Assembly: GCA_965644295.1 (NCBI GenBank)
Contig: CBFFRP010000399.1
Coordinates: 1 to 64,000, forward strand
DNA from: Paraphysomonas bandaiensis
Lineage: Eukaryota; Protista; Chrysophyceae
DNA: 64,000 nucleotides
Direction of reading: 5' to 3'
A program made the translations under genes and the position numbers. Positions 23,306 through 35,586 of the stretch are shown piece after piece. Position 1 is the first letter of the stretch; every line of letters begins with the position of its first letter. A model generated the notes under the pieces. That model saw nothing but the letters and a program-made list of their open reading frames with translations, was not told the origin of the DNA and did no database searches.

Positions 23306-25131
23306 ATGCAAATCATCAGTCGAGTACAGTGTGCTAGTCGTATTCTTCTACGATTTATACACATACTGCCCACCATATCTCCGCAAGAGATTTACAGTGG
23401 CCTGCAGAAGGATATCGTAGGTCAACACAATGTCAAGGTTGCAATTTCTGTTGGTTTACATTGCCATTTACTAAAATCTTCGCTAAAACGGAGTGGGAAA
23501 ACGTGCACTTCACCACGCTTCCCTAATCGGCGTGAAGTAGGCTGGGAATGTAGGTTTTGTGTACACATTCTACAAATTATTTTTATTTTTGCTATTAGCT
23601 GCTGCTATGGCATCGACGCATGCTCAGAACTGTGCTGGTCAAACAACAGACCACTCTCTGAAACATGATATTCAACTTATTCGAATGGAGATCGAAAAGC
23701 TGCGAAAAGATGTTGAAACAAACAGAAAGATTGGTATTCCTAGTGACAGTAAAAGAAGCAGCACTGTACCCATTTCTTTGCCAACGAAGTTCGATTTCCC
23801 TGTTTCTGGGTCTAACCAAAACGATAACACGGGATTTACTAGTAATTCAGATAAGAATTTCGAGGGACGCCTTTCAGGTGGTGATGAGTCAATCTGGAGC
23901 TCTGAAAGAGAAACTCCTAATCACTGCTTTCCTACTGAGCGTCGGAATCAGGAGAGTATGCACGGGGAAGAAGGCGACAGGTATTGTTCTCAGGCAGGGC
24001 CTATAGTGCTTCAATCTGGTAGGGTGGTATACCCTGTGCAATTTGATAAGACGAATATGCTTCTCCTTGGGCCAACTGGGTCCGGAAAAACTCAGATAGT
24101 GAAACATGTAGCAAAATTGATTGATGTCCCGCTGGTGATTGCAGATGCCACATCGCTCACACAGGCAGGCTATGTTGGTGAGGATGTGGAATCTGTGTTA
24201 TACAAGCTCTACCTAGAAGCGGGGGAAGATATAGACACCGCGCAAAGGGGAGTTGTTTACATTGATGAAATTGATAAGGTGAGTGTAACTGTGTTTTTGT
24301 ATCACTTCTGAAGCTGTACAGACTTCGAGAAAATCATCGAGGGCGAGTTCAGTGCGGGACGTCTCTGGAGAGGGAGTTCAGCAGGCGCTGTTGAAAATGC
24401 TAGAGGGAAGTGTGGTGAGCGTTCCCAAGGGTGGGGGTAAAAAGAATCCAAGGGGCGATACTATGGCCATTGATACGTCAGGGGTGCTTTTTATATGTGG
24501 TGGATCGTTCGCTGGAATTGAGGAAATAGTGGCGAAGAGGGTACACCAGCGGGGAATGGGGTTTGGTGCAAATGTCTCTGGCTCAGAGAGCTCTCGAAAT
24601 AAGGAGTCCTCCTCATCTCTGCTTAGTAGAGTAACACCAGCCGACTTAATTCAATTTGGCATGATTCCTGAATTCATTGGCCGGTTTCCAGTGGTCACTG
24701 CTACAAGCGAGCTCTCTCTTGATGAACTTGTAATGGTGCTTCACGACCCTAGGAACTCCATCATGAAGCAGTTTACCTATCAATTTGCGTTGCTAGGGGT
24801 TGAGCTGGTCGTGACTCCAAAAGCAAGTATTGCTATCGCTGAGGCTGCTCGTTGTCGAAACACTGGGGCACGAGGCCTCAGAGCCATTGTAGAGCATCTA
24901 CTTTCACCAGCTTTGTTCCTTGTGCCATCGCGAATTTCAGCAGATTTGCCTCCCGAGAGCAGAATCCACACAGTACTTGTTGATGAGGCGGCAGCTCGAC
25001 AACAGAGAGGAGTTCTGATACTACAGCGGGATCTGACTGTTGAGGAGTGCTTGCTACAGTTGAACAGCTCTACAAGCATTGGTGATGATCGTATTCAAGA
25101 AGTCACTGTTGATGCTCTATCTGAATTGTGA
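23306..25131 (+). CDS. clpX: Organellar ATP-dependent Clp protease ATP-binding subunit ClpX; introns at ~23538-23599 and ~24279-24321
   Basis: [90 protein letters not shown]. Confidence 0.95.
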
Positions 25132-25439
25132 GAATCGGGAGAGGATATAATGTGCAGTTGATTTTATGATTTGGATGCAGTTGATTCAGCCTGTATGAAA
25201 TATAAAGTTATTTGTAATATTTTCTCTCTGAGGAAATGACATCTATAAAAGAATACAGCTGTATACACTAACGAAAGTTTTCACATTGTAAGTTGCCTGT
25301 ATTTTTACCGTTTGTAATTTGTATTTTTTGTCGAATATCTCTTAAATATGAACAAATATATGCTCTGATTTAAAGGTGTCTGGTTTATAACCGTCAGTTA
25401 TGAAATTAAGCAATTAAATACGAGATAAACTTAAATATC

Positions 25440-25992
25440 GTGACTCACTTGCAAACAGCTATTTCTCCGGATCATCGTACGGGAGCATAACAATATCTTG
25501 GAAGTACTGCTCTACGATCTGGAGGGACTAAGCAACAAAGTCAACTGCTTTCAATATGAAACTGATACACGTGTCCTTTTGATCCATTCACTTGTCAAGA
25601 TCCTCTTTGTACTTGTTTCCAATTGCTATCGGTGCGTTACCAGCCGGTCTCATCGGACGATCCTCCAGACCAAAATGATTTTGATTTTTCGCATCAGCCA
25701 GACATTCAATCTCTTCGTCCAATTAATCACTCTAAATGATCGAACTTCTGAAGCTGTTTCAATTCTGAACTATCATACGCTACTCTTTGAAGAGTAAAAT
25801 AATTTAAGTAACTAAACTTAAATTATACAGTTATTATAGTAATAGTTCAGTTTCACAACATAGTTTATATATCATATCATTACTTCATGTAACTATTAGC
25901 CACTGCTGTATTCTTCAAGAAGTAACGGTCATAACAACTCAAATATCTTTAAAATACAGCTTTCAATTGCTCAAAAACAGCAAAACTCAACA
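25440..25992 (-). mobile_element. Degraded copia family B fragment: partial 5' LTR plus frameshifted gag N-terminus
   Basis: LTR start at 25992 (reverse complement tgttgagttttgctgttt). Minus-strand NWTKRLNVWLMRK..NHFGLEDRPMRPAGNAP..NKYKEDLDK*..KDTCIS matches the gag at 41151. Confidence 0.85.
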
Positions 25993-27054
25993 CCACGAAT
26001 TTCTAAAATCTTACATTCATGCGCATAGGTGATGCAAAATAAAGGGGAAATTATGCGTCGGACTAAACATAGGAAGGTGTGTTATCATCCCCATCTAGGA
26101 CGTTGACTGCTATTGGAATGAAAGCTTGGTTCGAAAGTATCAGGGTTAATAAGCACTAATTAGTTAAACTGTTTGCTACATTAGTTCTGACTGTTACATA
26201 CCTATTGCTAATATAGTTATATTTAACCATGGGCAATAAAGAGGCTATATCGTCCCGCGCTCAATATAGATTTTATAGCTATTAGTAGCTTGCTTGCTGT
26301 AAGAAGAAATACGTGTTTCCTGATTAACATAAGAAAACAAATGACAATTCATAATGAATGTGTACACTGTTTATGCTTTGGGAATAACAATTGCACTATA
26401 GATCAACTCAAACAATAAATCCCAAAAATTATATATATAACAGCTACAACTAATGCACTATCACAGAAGGATACAGAGGGAATGGCAACTGCGAGGTGTT
26501 GAAATTCGTACATAAGTTTGATGATAAATATGAACAGTGGTAGTCGCACGAAAGGTTACTTATTTCCTTAATTAGCATCATCATCACATATACAATGCGC
26601 TTAACCTCTGCTAGTGCACTCTTGATTGAATGATGTGTGTATGATATGAGTCACGTAGTATCCTAATAAGCACAGAGAATGTGACCCAAACCCTGAAACA
26701 TCTGAATGCCATTGCCCTTAACCACATATACAGCATCAGATATGGCAATTTAACTCTTCTGTAATATTCTTGAAGTTGTTTCGAAGTCCTGGTTATGAAG
26801 ATACATCGCTTGCACTGATGTTATTATGACCTTCTACAGCAGTTGAAGGATGGAATATAATGTACTGTAATGAATTCACATACATACATATGACAGTCAA
26901 TATCATAATTAAGATAGATGTGAAATTCTGTTGAACCGAATATTGAAGTTGAATGTCTATATTCGCCCAGTGCTGATATGAGCGCTCTGTTGGGCCCAAA
27001 TCAGGTCAACAAAAACTTTTTTTGAGACAAAATGGGGATAATCAGACATATACT

Positions 27055-27113
27055 ATAAACAAGTTGACAACACTATCATTTACTATCAACTTGTGGCTTG
27101 TTAGTTCCAGACA
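27055..27113 (+). repeat. Fragment of the copia A LTR 3' end (a second fragment lies at ~26060-26135)
   Basis: aaacaagttgacaacactatcatttactatcaacttgtggcttgttagttccagacaaca versus 3405-3464. Confidence 0.8.
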
Positions 27114-27463
27114 ACAGATATATTTATGAACAATAATTAGTACGATAAAATTATTCTTACTGCGGCCTACTTCCGTTGAAATTAACTCGACATAACGCTC
27201 ATACACTATTAAATCATTTTCAGTTACATTCTTGCCTGTCTTCTTCAAAGAATCTGGTAAAGGTCCGCTTTTTCTTTCTCTATTCAAGTCTAAATGTCTC
27301 CTTCGTGGAACGCTTGGTATAGAAAGAATACGTCTTGTAGTCTTGTTTCAAACTACTTTATTGTCATTCATACCGAAGTTAATATAGTGGAATCTTACGT
27401 TATACGATATTTACCGTAGAGGGGCATCACATCCAAAACTATATCTGTAAACAGGTGATCAAA

Positions 27464-30449
27464 TTATTCTAACCAAGACTTAGACCAGCATTTTTTCTCT
27501 TGGTTGGGAAAAAGGCACTTCATCATGGCATCCTGTTTATCGTAAAGAGCTTTACATGCATAGCTCTCCGGTGTTTCGTCTCCTATAAATACCAAATTTA
27601 ACCAAATCATTCACGGTAATCACGTGATACATCCTCATTACAGGTAAATATTAATATGTATCTACATACCAACATAACCCCCCCGTTTCCATATTTCCAT
27701 GAGAAAGAAATCTCTTTGATTGGACACTAGTCGTTGTAAAAACAAAGCCAGCGTTGATGCAGTGAACTCAGATTCACCTGAAACGCAACCATACAACTTT
27801 AGTATAGCACACTCGTATACTATTTTGGATGTGTACCCCACATCACTGTTATGAATAAAAAGATATTTACCACTGAACGTTCTCCACGATTGAAGAGGAA
27901 ACTCTTGTCGGTACCACGACCCTAAATACGATGTGTCACTCATGTTCTGTGCTCTCTTATTTTCATCCAATAGGTTGAACTTCCACTGTTCAAAGTCTAA
28001 TACGGTTCCATCATGTGGACTCTGATGAATCACACTGAAAGACGGTTGATTGTTTCCACGTGGCGATATTCCTTTTACCCCACTCTTAAGACACTACAGA
28101 ACACAGTGTACAAACACACCTGGAGCTGTGATAGCAGGAAAAAGGGGCTTGAAGTCTTCAGATAAAACTTCTGTTAGGCCTGACGAAATTCACGTCAATT
28201 ATGAATTCAAATCACATCAGAAACAATGGTATATTATACTAAATACGCTAAGTATTGCATGATATAACAACATTGTAAGCCACACAGTAGAAACAAAACC
28301 AAGTGAAGCATCCGAACAGCAACAAACCGGCTAAATTTCTATGCCCAAAAAGTCCGACTCTGATAATGTCTGCATATTTCTCGAATATCATTTTAATTTG
28401 TCTATAGTGTGAGTCCGATACATCATACTCATCTTTTCCCTTTTTAGTAGCTAACGGCTGATGACCAATAATGTACACACTTAAACCCTACCCCAACGTC
28501 AAAAGAATATGAAACAAGGAAAAAACCTATCCTAAATAGAATGTATACATACTGACTCATCAAAGTGCGACTAGAAACGTCTGTCCACTTCTCCAATATA
28601 TCATGCATATACGACAATCAGATATGACTATATAAATACACTTTATTCCCATTGGGCTCCGTACTTTTTTCTGCGCATCCGCCAAGCTCTCCTCTATCCA
28701 AACTTCGACAATATGTCTCATTGGATACTGATCATCCGTGTACTCAGCCAGGTCGGGATCATTGTAAACTCCAATAGGTTCCCCTCCTTGAAAGTACGCA
28801 ACAACAGAATATTATATATCACAGATGTATGTATAGCCATACTATCAGTTCAATCTTGTAGTTAAACACAATTCGAGCAGGCTATATCAATAGTTCATCT
28901 ATAGACTATGAATATGATTGTTCACGAACAGAAATACCACGTCGACAGTAGTGCACAGATGATGGGTATGGTAACTATGCTTTGGGAGAACGCAAGTGTC
29001 ACAAACAATGAAAGGGGCTAACCTTCAACGAATAGTGTGCAATCCAGAGAAATGTATCGCACATTATCGATATCGATGTAGTTACTTCCACCGTAGTTTA
29101 CAAACTACTTACACAGATGTTATATGCTGTGGTTTTACCATTGACAGTTTACGAAATATACATAACAGCGACCAGACTAACACCCACACCCACTTAGAGG
29201 CCATATCATACTCGATAGAATACCGATACCATGATAGCATACCTGATGGTGCTGTTGAGGTGTAAAGAATCCCGTTTCCAAAAGCATGTCTCCAAATTGG
29301 GTTATGTATGGTTGCCAATACTTGTTCTTAGGAAAGTGATCGTTATTACCTGATGAAATATAAATATTGTTAGAGACCATCTAATATTTAAAAAGTGCTA
29401 AAACGTGAGCATTCCGGATTAATATATTAACGATAGACAAACCAGTTGCAATTTTTGTAGACATCTCTTGTGCATGACATTTGTAGGGCACAACCTCCAC
29501 TAGATATGTACGCATAAAAACCACATATTCGACATATTGAAGACATATATGCATAATCGACCAACCAAGTGCATAAGCCCATCGGGTATTAGGAAATGCG
29601 GCCACTAAGTCCTCCACCATATGCTTAGTAACCAAAAATTTAGTTGCACAAAGATCCTCCAAGCGAGTTTCCTTCGTCACTTTATAGTTGTCATCCGGAT
29701 AACCATGAGGAGATATATCTATATTCACAAAACATTACTTGCTAACGATACAGGTACATTTATTCCCAACAAAGAGACAACGAATACCCACACAGAATAG
29801 AGTAATAATACCAAGGAAAACAACATAGGTTCGCGTAGGCGTCAATGAAAATATTTACCTCCTGTGAACACTATAACTTTTGGGTCGGGGTCGATCGTTT
29901 TCATATGGGTATAGAGTGACTTCCACAGGAGATGTGGAGGGTTACATCCGTAGCGGCCTACGTAAACAAATAGAATGCTGTAAACTACATCTCATTCACA
30001 AAGAAAGTAAAGCACATAGTAACTTACATACCACCTCTTGCAAGATACTTACCAAATGCATATCCTAGTGCGGATCGAGTAGCCACACGCTTGTAATCCG
30101 GTAGGAATGAGTCTGGGCATAGCGCATGCTTGCCATACACAGATGTGCTCAAGTCACAAGTATGACACACCCCTGCTTGCATGCTCATGGTGGGATCAAA
30201 TAAAGGGTCAATATGAGTGTCAGATATATGCATCACAATGTTGTAGTCGTCATTTTCGCTTGAGTAATATGCAGTGTCGGATGTCGTGTGGAGAAGGTAG
30301 AACAAGCATAATCCAGTCATAACAGCGACTACAACTTTTGAATATAAGGATAAACAATTCGATTTCTTGCAGCATTTATTACTGTCCGATAATGTAGGGG
30401 GTATTGCTGTCTCACAATCGTCAACTGCTTCGTATTCAAATGCTGCCAT
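27464..30449 (-). CDS. Acid sphingomyelinase-like metallophosphoesterase (SMPDL3-like) with N-terminal membrane anchor; many exons
   Basis: Metallophosphoesterase motifs HISDTHID, FGRYGCNPP, GNNDHFP, YIIGHQP and GLFGHRN, in order across short GT-AG introns. Stop after ..CWSKSWLE. Confidence 0.85.
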
Positions 30450-32488
30450 ACGTATGTCCTAATTAAATGAAAGTAAGTTTGGTAGCTTCAGAGAGTTATT
30501 GTCTCGCATGTTCTAATGTGCTTACAAATTGAGTAAACAGCTATGGCAGAGGCACAAACACACCCACTTATGCCGCCCCACTATCATTGGAAAGCATCAC
30601 ACTGACTTCTTGATTTACACACTCATGAAGGCTTGGCCTTATTTTAAAAATGAAATTCGTTGTTTTTTTGACTGTTGTAAAAGGTACTTCGAAAAACCAG
30701 GATTTTCGGAATCTCTAGCTTTAATTTTAGGAAGGGGTGGAAGAAATCGCTCGTACAGCATCAAATCCATCAACACTTCTTTCTAGAGATACTATGCGGC
30801 ACTTCGAAAGAGGAACACTGGCTGTGATATGATCATAACCTCACTGTGTATACATGAGCTCATAGTCATTTCATGCCACATGCTACTGGTTGTGGTAATG
30901 GTTAAGTGGAAATCGTACGGGAGAGTAGGTCTATAGCAAAGACAGAGATAACAGAGACCGTGACTGTCATATAACACCAGAGGGCTCTCAGGGTATATGC
31001 TCCATATGAAGAGCCATATCTTTCCATAATGTAACACCAGCGGAGTCTTAGGGTAATGTTCTTGGATACTATTGAGAAATATTTAATTTAGATACATAGC
31101 ATAGGAAGAAAGTAACACCTTCAGAGCTCGATACTAGAAGAGCCACGCAATAATAACTCCAATTGAGTATGTATTTACTGATATGAGTGTAAGATATATA
31201 TTTACTTTCTCTCTCAGTATTGATGTAGATGGGAATGTCAATCATTGTCGCCTAGATATTGTGTGTTGTGTATCTTGATATGTACCAGTTTACATCAATA
31301 CATTAGTAAGTGAAGAGCAAAGAATAGTGCTCTGTTAATACGCTATCTCGTAGTGTAAAACCCCAGTCCATTAGTAGAACAGTATTAGTTCACCATGTGT
31401 TGCTGAACCTGTCAGATATAGCTCTATGCACATGGGACTATTTTATCCACTGAAACTATAGGTAGCGTCCTATAAGTTCACCTATAGATGTATTCTTAAG
31501 TAAATTTCATAGTACCTAATAGGAACTTGTTCTGTACATATAAGTACATTCTAGCAATCTAGTATCTAGGTAGTACCTATAGGTTTTAAAGGATTCCACC
31601 TTAAGCAGCGAAAAGTCTATTAGGCTAAAATAGCTATCTTCTTTGTATGATATATCCTTAAGTGCTTCATGCTGTGTGAGTAATATACTCGTGATTATCC
31701 AACACTTTGTTTGTATTATGCGCGAGGTGATATTTGTTGTCTGATAACAGTTCGTTGTATATGAGACTTTATATAATACGATAACTATTTTCGGTAAAAA
31801 ACTGTTCTGTTCAATAAATAATAACTCATTCGTATATAGGTAGCACCATTCAGATAAATATTGTAACTAAAATTTTTTAATGCAACGTGAATATGAAAGA
31901 TATTGTTGAATATGATGAATCGGTATATATAGTGCTTTCTTAATTTTGTTAATTCTGATTACAGCGGACGTGAGTTGCAGGTGCTGATTGTAGCACTACA
32001 ACCAATGACAACCCCACCCCTGATATCTATCTATCATTCAACTGTACGTGACACCACTCACTGTCTTTCAATCAAGTTTCAACCGACATTTTATTCCCTA
32101 ATAACTTTCTATACTAATGCAGATCCTGAATTATAAATATTTTCAGAACGAAATGGAACAATAGATGATGATAATAAGAAATTTGATATGCTATACTCAA
32201 TATAGCTAATTAAGCATATGATATCATTCGAAAGCTTGAATTGAAACGCATTACATCAATGGGATTTCATGAAAATACACATCAAACAAACATACGTTCA
32301 ATACAGCAAAACGACTCGTAAATTTACAACACTAACATTGCATGGAAAGGATGATTATTACATCTTAAATACTGTTATGCTATTATTCTCACATTTGAGT
32401 TTCAATACTATATTTTATATATACATATAACATAATCACATTACAAGAATAACATTATTTCTACCACTCTTAGAAGTCGTTTCGTAGA

Positions 32489-34918
32489 CTAGGTAAAGAG
32501 ATTTGAAAAGAGCCTCGCACCCCACGACGGGCTGCTCCGTGGACGTGACGTCGTATTTCCATCACCGTTCTGCCCAGGGGTAGCCGTAGAAGATGTTGTG
32601 GGTTGCAATACAGACACATCACCTCCTTCCCTCCGAATTATGCATGCAAGTATAAGAGTCGCCATACCAGCTGAGTTAGCATCCACCCCACCAGTGATCT
32701 CCTGCACATCTCGCACACCAGATACCATCTTACGTATAGGTTCTGTTAGCTTCCACCCACAGGCCTCTAAGTGAGGAAGACGCCTCTCGTGCAGTGGTGC
32801 CCAACGCATTTCAACAGAAGAATAGACAATGCACCCCGATATCTCATCCACAAGAGATTTCGTTTCCCTAGCTAGCGCTTCAAACGAGGGTCGAATGAAT
32901 GAATCTGGAAGAGTAAACCGGTTGGTAGGGGCCAGATCAATTTCAAAAAATGATGCAAGAGGTAAGTGTACATTCGCGAGCTCTCGATGAATTAGCCTGA
33001 TCAATCCACGAGTATTGCTGTCTAGACCGAATATCGGATACTGCGACCCGCCATTGAGAACGCACTGAAGAAGGGACAAGAAGTGACCAGTAATTCTCCA
33101 TCCTCCATCCTCCAACTTGCGAGCCTCAGTACATCCTTTGAACTCTTCCATCTCTCGCTCTATAAGCAGTTTAGTATTTCTGTTGGCATGGTTGTCCATT
33201 CGAAAAGCGAGGGCCGATATATAGAGTCCTTGTAGGCGCTCTGTCACTGTTGTTACATCGCTTCCACGGAACCGGAGTAGTACTTTCCGTTCCACCCCAC
33301 ATGTACAGGCCTCGCCAGTTACCTCTGCATCGCAGCCAGGACACTCCCAAGGAGATGTGCCACATCCTTCCCCTATCTCTCGCATGGCGGAAATTAGCTG
33401 TGACAGCTCGGGGTCAGACACTCCTGAGTCACCTTCAATTGCACTCAACATTTGATATAGAGATTGTAACTCAGCGGGTACGCCTGCACCATTCGTAGAA
33501 TGTGAAGTTTCAATAGCTCGGCCCTCCGTCTGCATAACACGTATCCACATATGCTCGATGACTGCAGAGGAACCAAGATCCAGGCCTAAGCCCCGAGTCA
33601 ATTGGGACAAATCCCTCTCTCCAGCGGATAGCAAGCGATAGGCCTCCTCCAACTTCCAGTTACCTGCAGTTAACTTTGGTAACAGGACGGACCCAACAAG
33701 GGTACAAAGTCTCTGGGAGGGATTAGAGGTCAAGAGTTTTGCTACCTCGTCGAACATATATGTGTTCTGCTTGATAAAACCTTGAACATTGGGCAAAAGA
33801 GGGTACCTACGAGGCAAACCGACCGTTGTGTCTTCCCCAGTCACAGGGCCAGTTGATCGGGTGTGGAATTGAAACCCAGGTGAGCGCAGTTGGCTCAGAC
33901 GAATGTGAATGTGCCTGAGAACCGCTCTAGAATTTGGACAAGTTAATAGGATGGGAAAATGAGTCTCTCCTTCAATCATGGCTGTGAATAGGGCACGAAT
34001 ATGGAGCTGTACCTCCCAGTGCTGCTCCTGGAGCGTCACCACATTGGGCTGCTGAACGAGCTCTTCTAGTCGTTCCATCAACGAGGTCTGAACAGATGAT
34101 GATAGACGATTTGAGCCGTCGCGTATCGCATCGAAGACTCGCATGCAAAATGTAACGCACTGGTTCAAGGTGCTGGTAAAGTGATCCGATCGCGATAACA
34201 GTAGAACCACATTACGAGTAACCCCACATGAGCATCGGGCATTCCGTCCACGTAGCATATCGCCGGGATGAACCTCATCGCACCCAGGGCACTTCCATTC
34301 TGCCGACATATCTAGACAAGACACAGGTGCAATGTCAGCTTCAAGTTTGTGTCGACAGAGCGGACATTCGTGACTATTTTTAAGCCATGATACAATACCG
34401 GCGCAATCTTCCTCTTCTGCTGCCTCGACCTCGCCTTTGTGATGAAAGTAATGACCACATGGTAGATGTGTCACTGATTCACCGGAAACAAAGTCAACCT
34501 GGCATATCGCGCAGGATGCCTTTTCTGGATCAGATATTAGTCCGGGTCGCATTTTTTCAACAGGAAGAGCATCAATCACACTCTGCTTTGTAGCCGCCTG
34601 TCTACTGCTCTGCTCAGCTGCACTTGCAATAGCCAGACGTAAAGCGTCCAAGATATCAACCCCATCGGTCCCCTGGGTTGCCCTGGCAGCAAGCATTTGC
34701 TGTATTTGAGTCCTTGTTTCCGCAGGAGTCATTGCACGAGTATTATGTGTCCTCCTATGGCCATTGGTTTCTACGGATCGTCCAAAGCAAGTATCACAGA
34801 GGTCGTAATCTGGACACTCTGTACAGTGATGCCTTGTGCCTGTGAAATTACCATCAGATCTTCGACATCCGTCACAAGTAATTCCTTGGTGATAATTGAT
34901 ATCCGCTGGTGCTGTCAT
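32489..34918 (-). CDS. ZZ-type zinc finger plus RING-H2 E3 ubiquitin ligase with duplicated C-terminal modules; intronless
   Basis: ZZ: HQGITCDGC...RHHCTECPDYDLCDTC. RING-H2: CAICQVDF...LPCGHYFH...CAGIVSWL..HECPLCR. Two W.CPGC...C.CGV.R zinc-ribbon modules. Confidence 0.9.
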   Translation of the reverse strand: MTAPADINYHQGITCDGCRRSDGNFTGTRHHCTECPDYDLCDTCFGRSVETNGHRRTHNTRAMTPAETRTQIQQMLAARATQGTDGVDILDALRLAIASAAEQSSRQAATKQSVIDALPVEKMRPGLISDPEKASCAICQVDFVSGESVTHLPCGHYFHHKGEVEAAEEEDCAGIVSWLKNSHECPLCRHKLEADIAPVSCLDMSAEWKCPGCDEVHPGDMLRGRNARCSCGVTRNVVLLLSRSDHFTSTLNQCVTFCMRVFDAIRDGSNRLSSSVQTSLMERLEELVQQPNVVTLQEQHWEVQLHIRALFTAMIEGETHFPILLTCPNSRAVLRHIHIRLSQLRSPGFQFHTRSTGPVTGEDTTVGLPRRYPLLPNVQGFIKQNTYMFDEVAKLLTSNPSQRLCTLVGSVLLPKLTAGNWKLEEAYRLLSAGERDLSQLTRGLGLDLGSSAVIEHMWIRVMQTEGRAIETSHSTNGAGVPAELQSLYQMLSAIEGDSGVSDPELSQLISAMREIGEGCGTSPWECPGCDAEVTGEACTCGVERKVLLRFRGSDVTTVTERLQGLYISALAFRMDNHANRNTKLLIEREMEEFKGCTEARKLEDGGWRITGHFLSLLQCVLNGGSQYPIFGLDSNTRGLIRLIHRELANVHLPLASFFEIDLAPTNRFTLPDSFIRPSFEALARETKSLVDEISGCIVYSSVEMRWAPLHERRLPHLEACGWKLTEPIRKMVSGVRDVQEITGGVDANSAGMATLILACIIRREGGDVSVLQPTTSSTATPGQNGDGNTTSRPRSSPSWGARLFSNLFT

Positions 34919-35586
34919 TCAATGCTGAAGAGTGAATATAGAGTTGTGTTTCTGTTGCTCTCCTTAGAATACACTTCGTGTAGTATGTTGAGATGATAAC
35001 TTATATGTGTTGTGTTTTGGATTGTGACTATTACAGAAAGCGTCTTTGAAGGCAAGATATTCTCCGGACATTTCTCCTGATTTCAGTGCATTCCTATTCT
35101 TGCTTTCCAGTTGCAGTGTATAGGTATACGGCGGTATAGGTATACCGTATACCGATATACCATTTGTTCTAGATAAAATCATTCCTTCTGAGGGTGGTTG
35201 TGCATATCGATATTATCAATTAATATCATTGAAAAGTCATCGTTTTTTCAGTGCAAAGTGAAAAAAAGTGACTTTTTAATGAAAAAACGATAATTATTGA
35301 TAACCACCCCTGCTGTTTTTTCCCGTTTTGCGGATCTTCCTCTTGTTGAAAGAAATCGCGATATATCGCGAGTGATATGTCTGCATATCTACAGCAGTGT
35401 AGATATCGATGCATGGTACGCTACCAAGTATAGGGCCTTTCATTGCCATCAAGAGCTGACAATCACAATCATTGATTGTGGTGTATTTAATTAATGACAA
35501 CATATGTATTCTATAGATTTAGGCATATCTTTGCCGCTTAGTCAAAACACACCTATCCATTTCAAAAACACTTATACTTCTTAACT

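Noticed and set aside
26480-27400. Continuation of the phosphoesterase gene, or a selenoprotein
   Set aside because: The phosphoesterase frame stops at 27464. Downstream frames contain TAA/TAG as well as TGA stops, and no SECIS was evident.
30790-31640. Regulatory array or new element (short direct repeats taacaccag..., many ctatag/tacctatagg words)
   Set aside because: Repeats are short and degenerate, and no termini or TSD could be defined.
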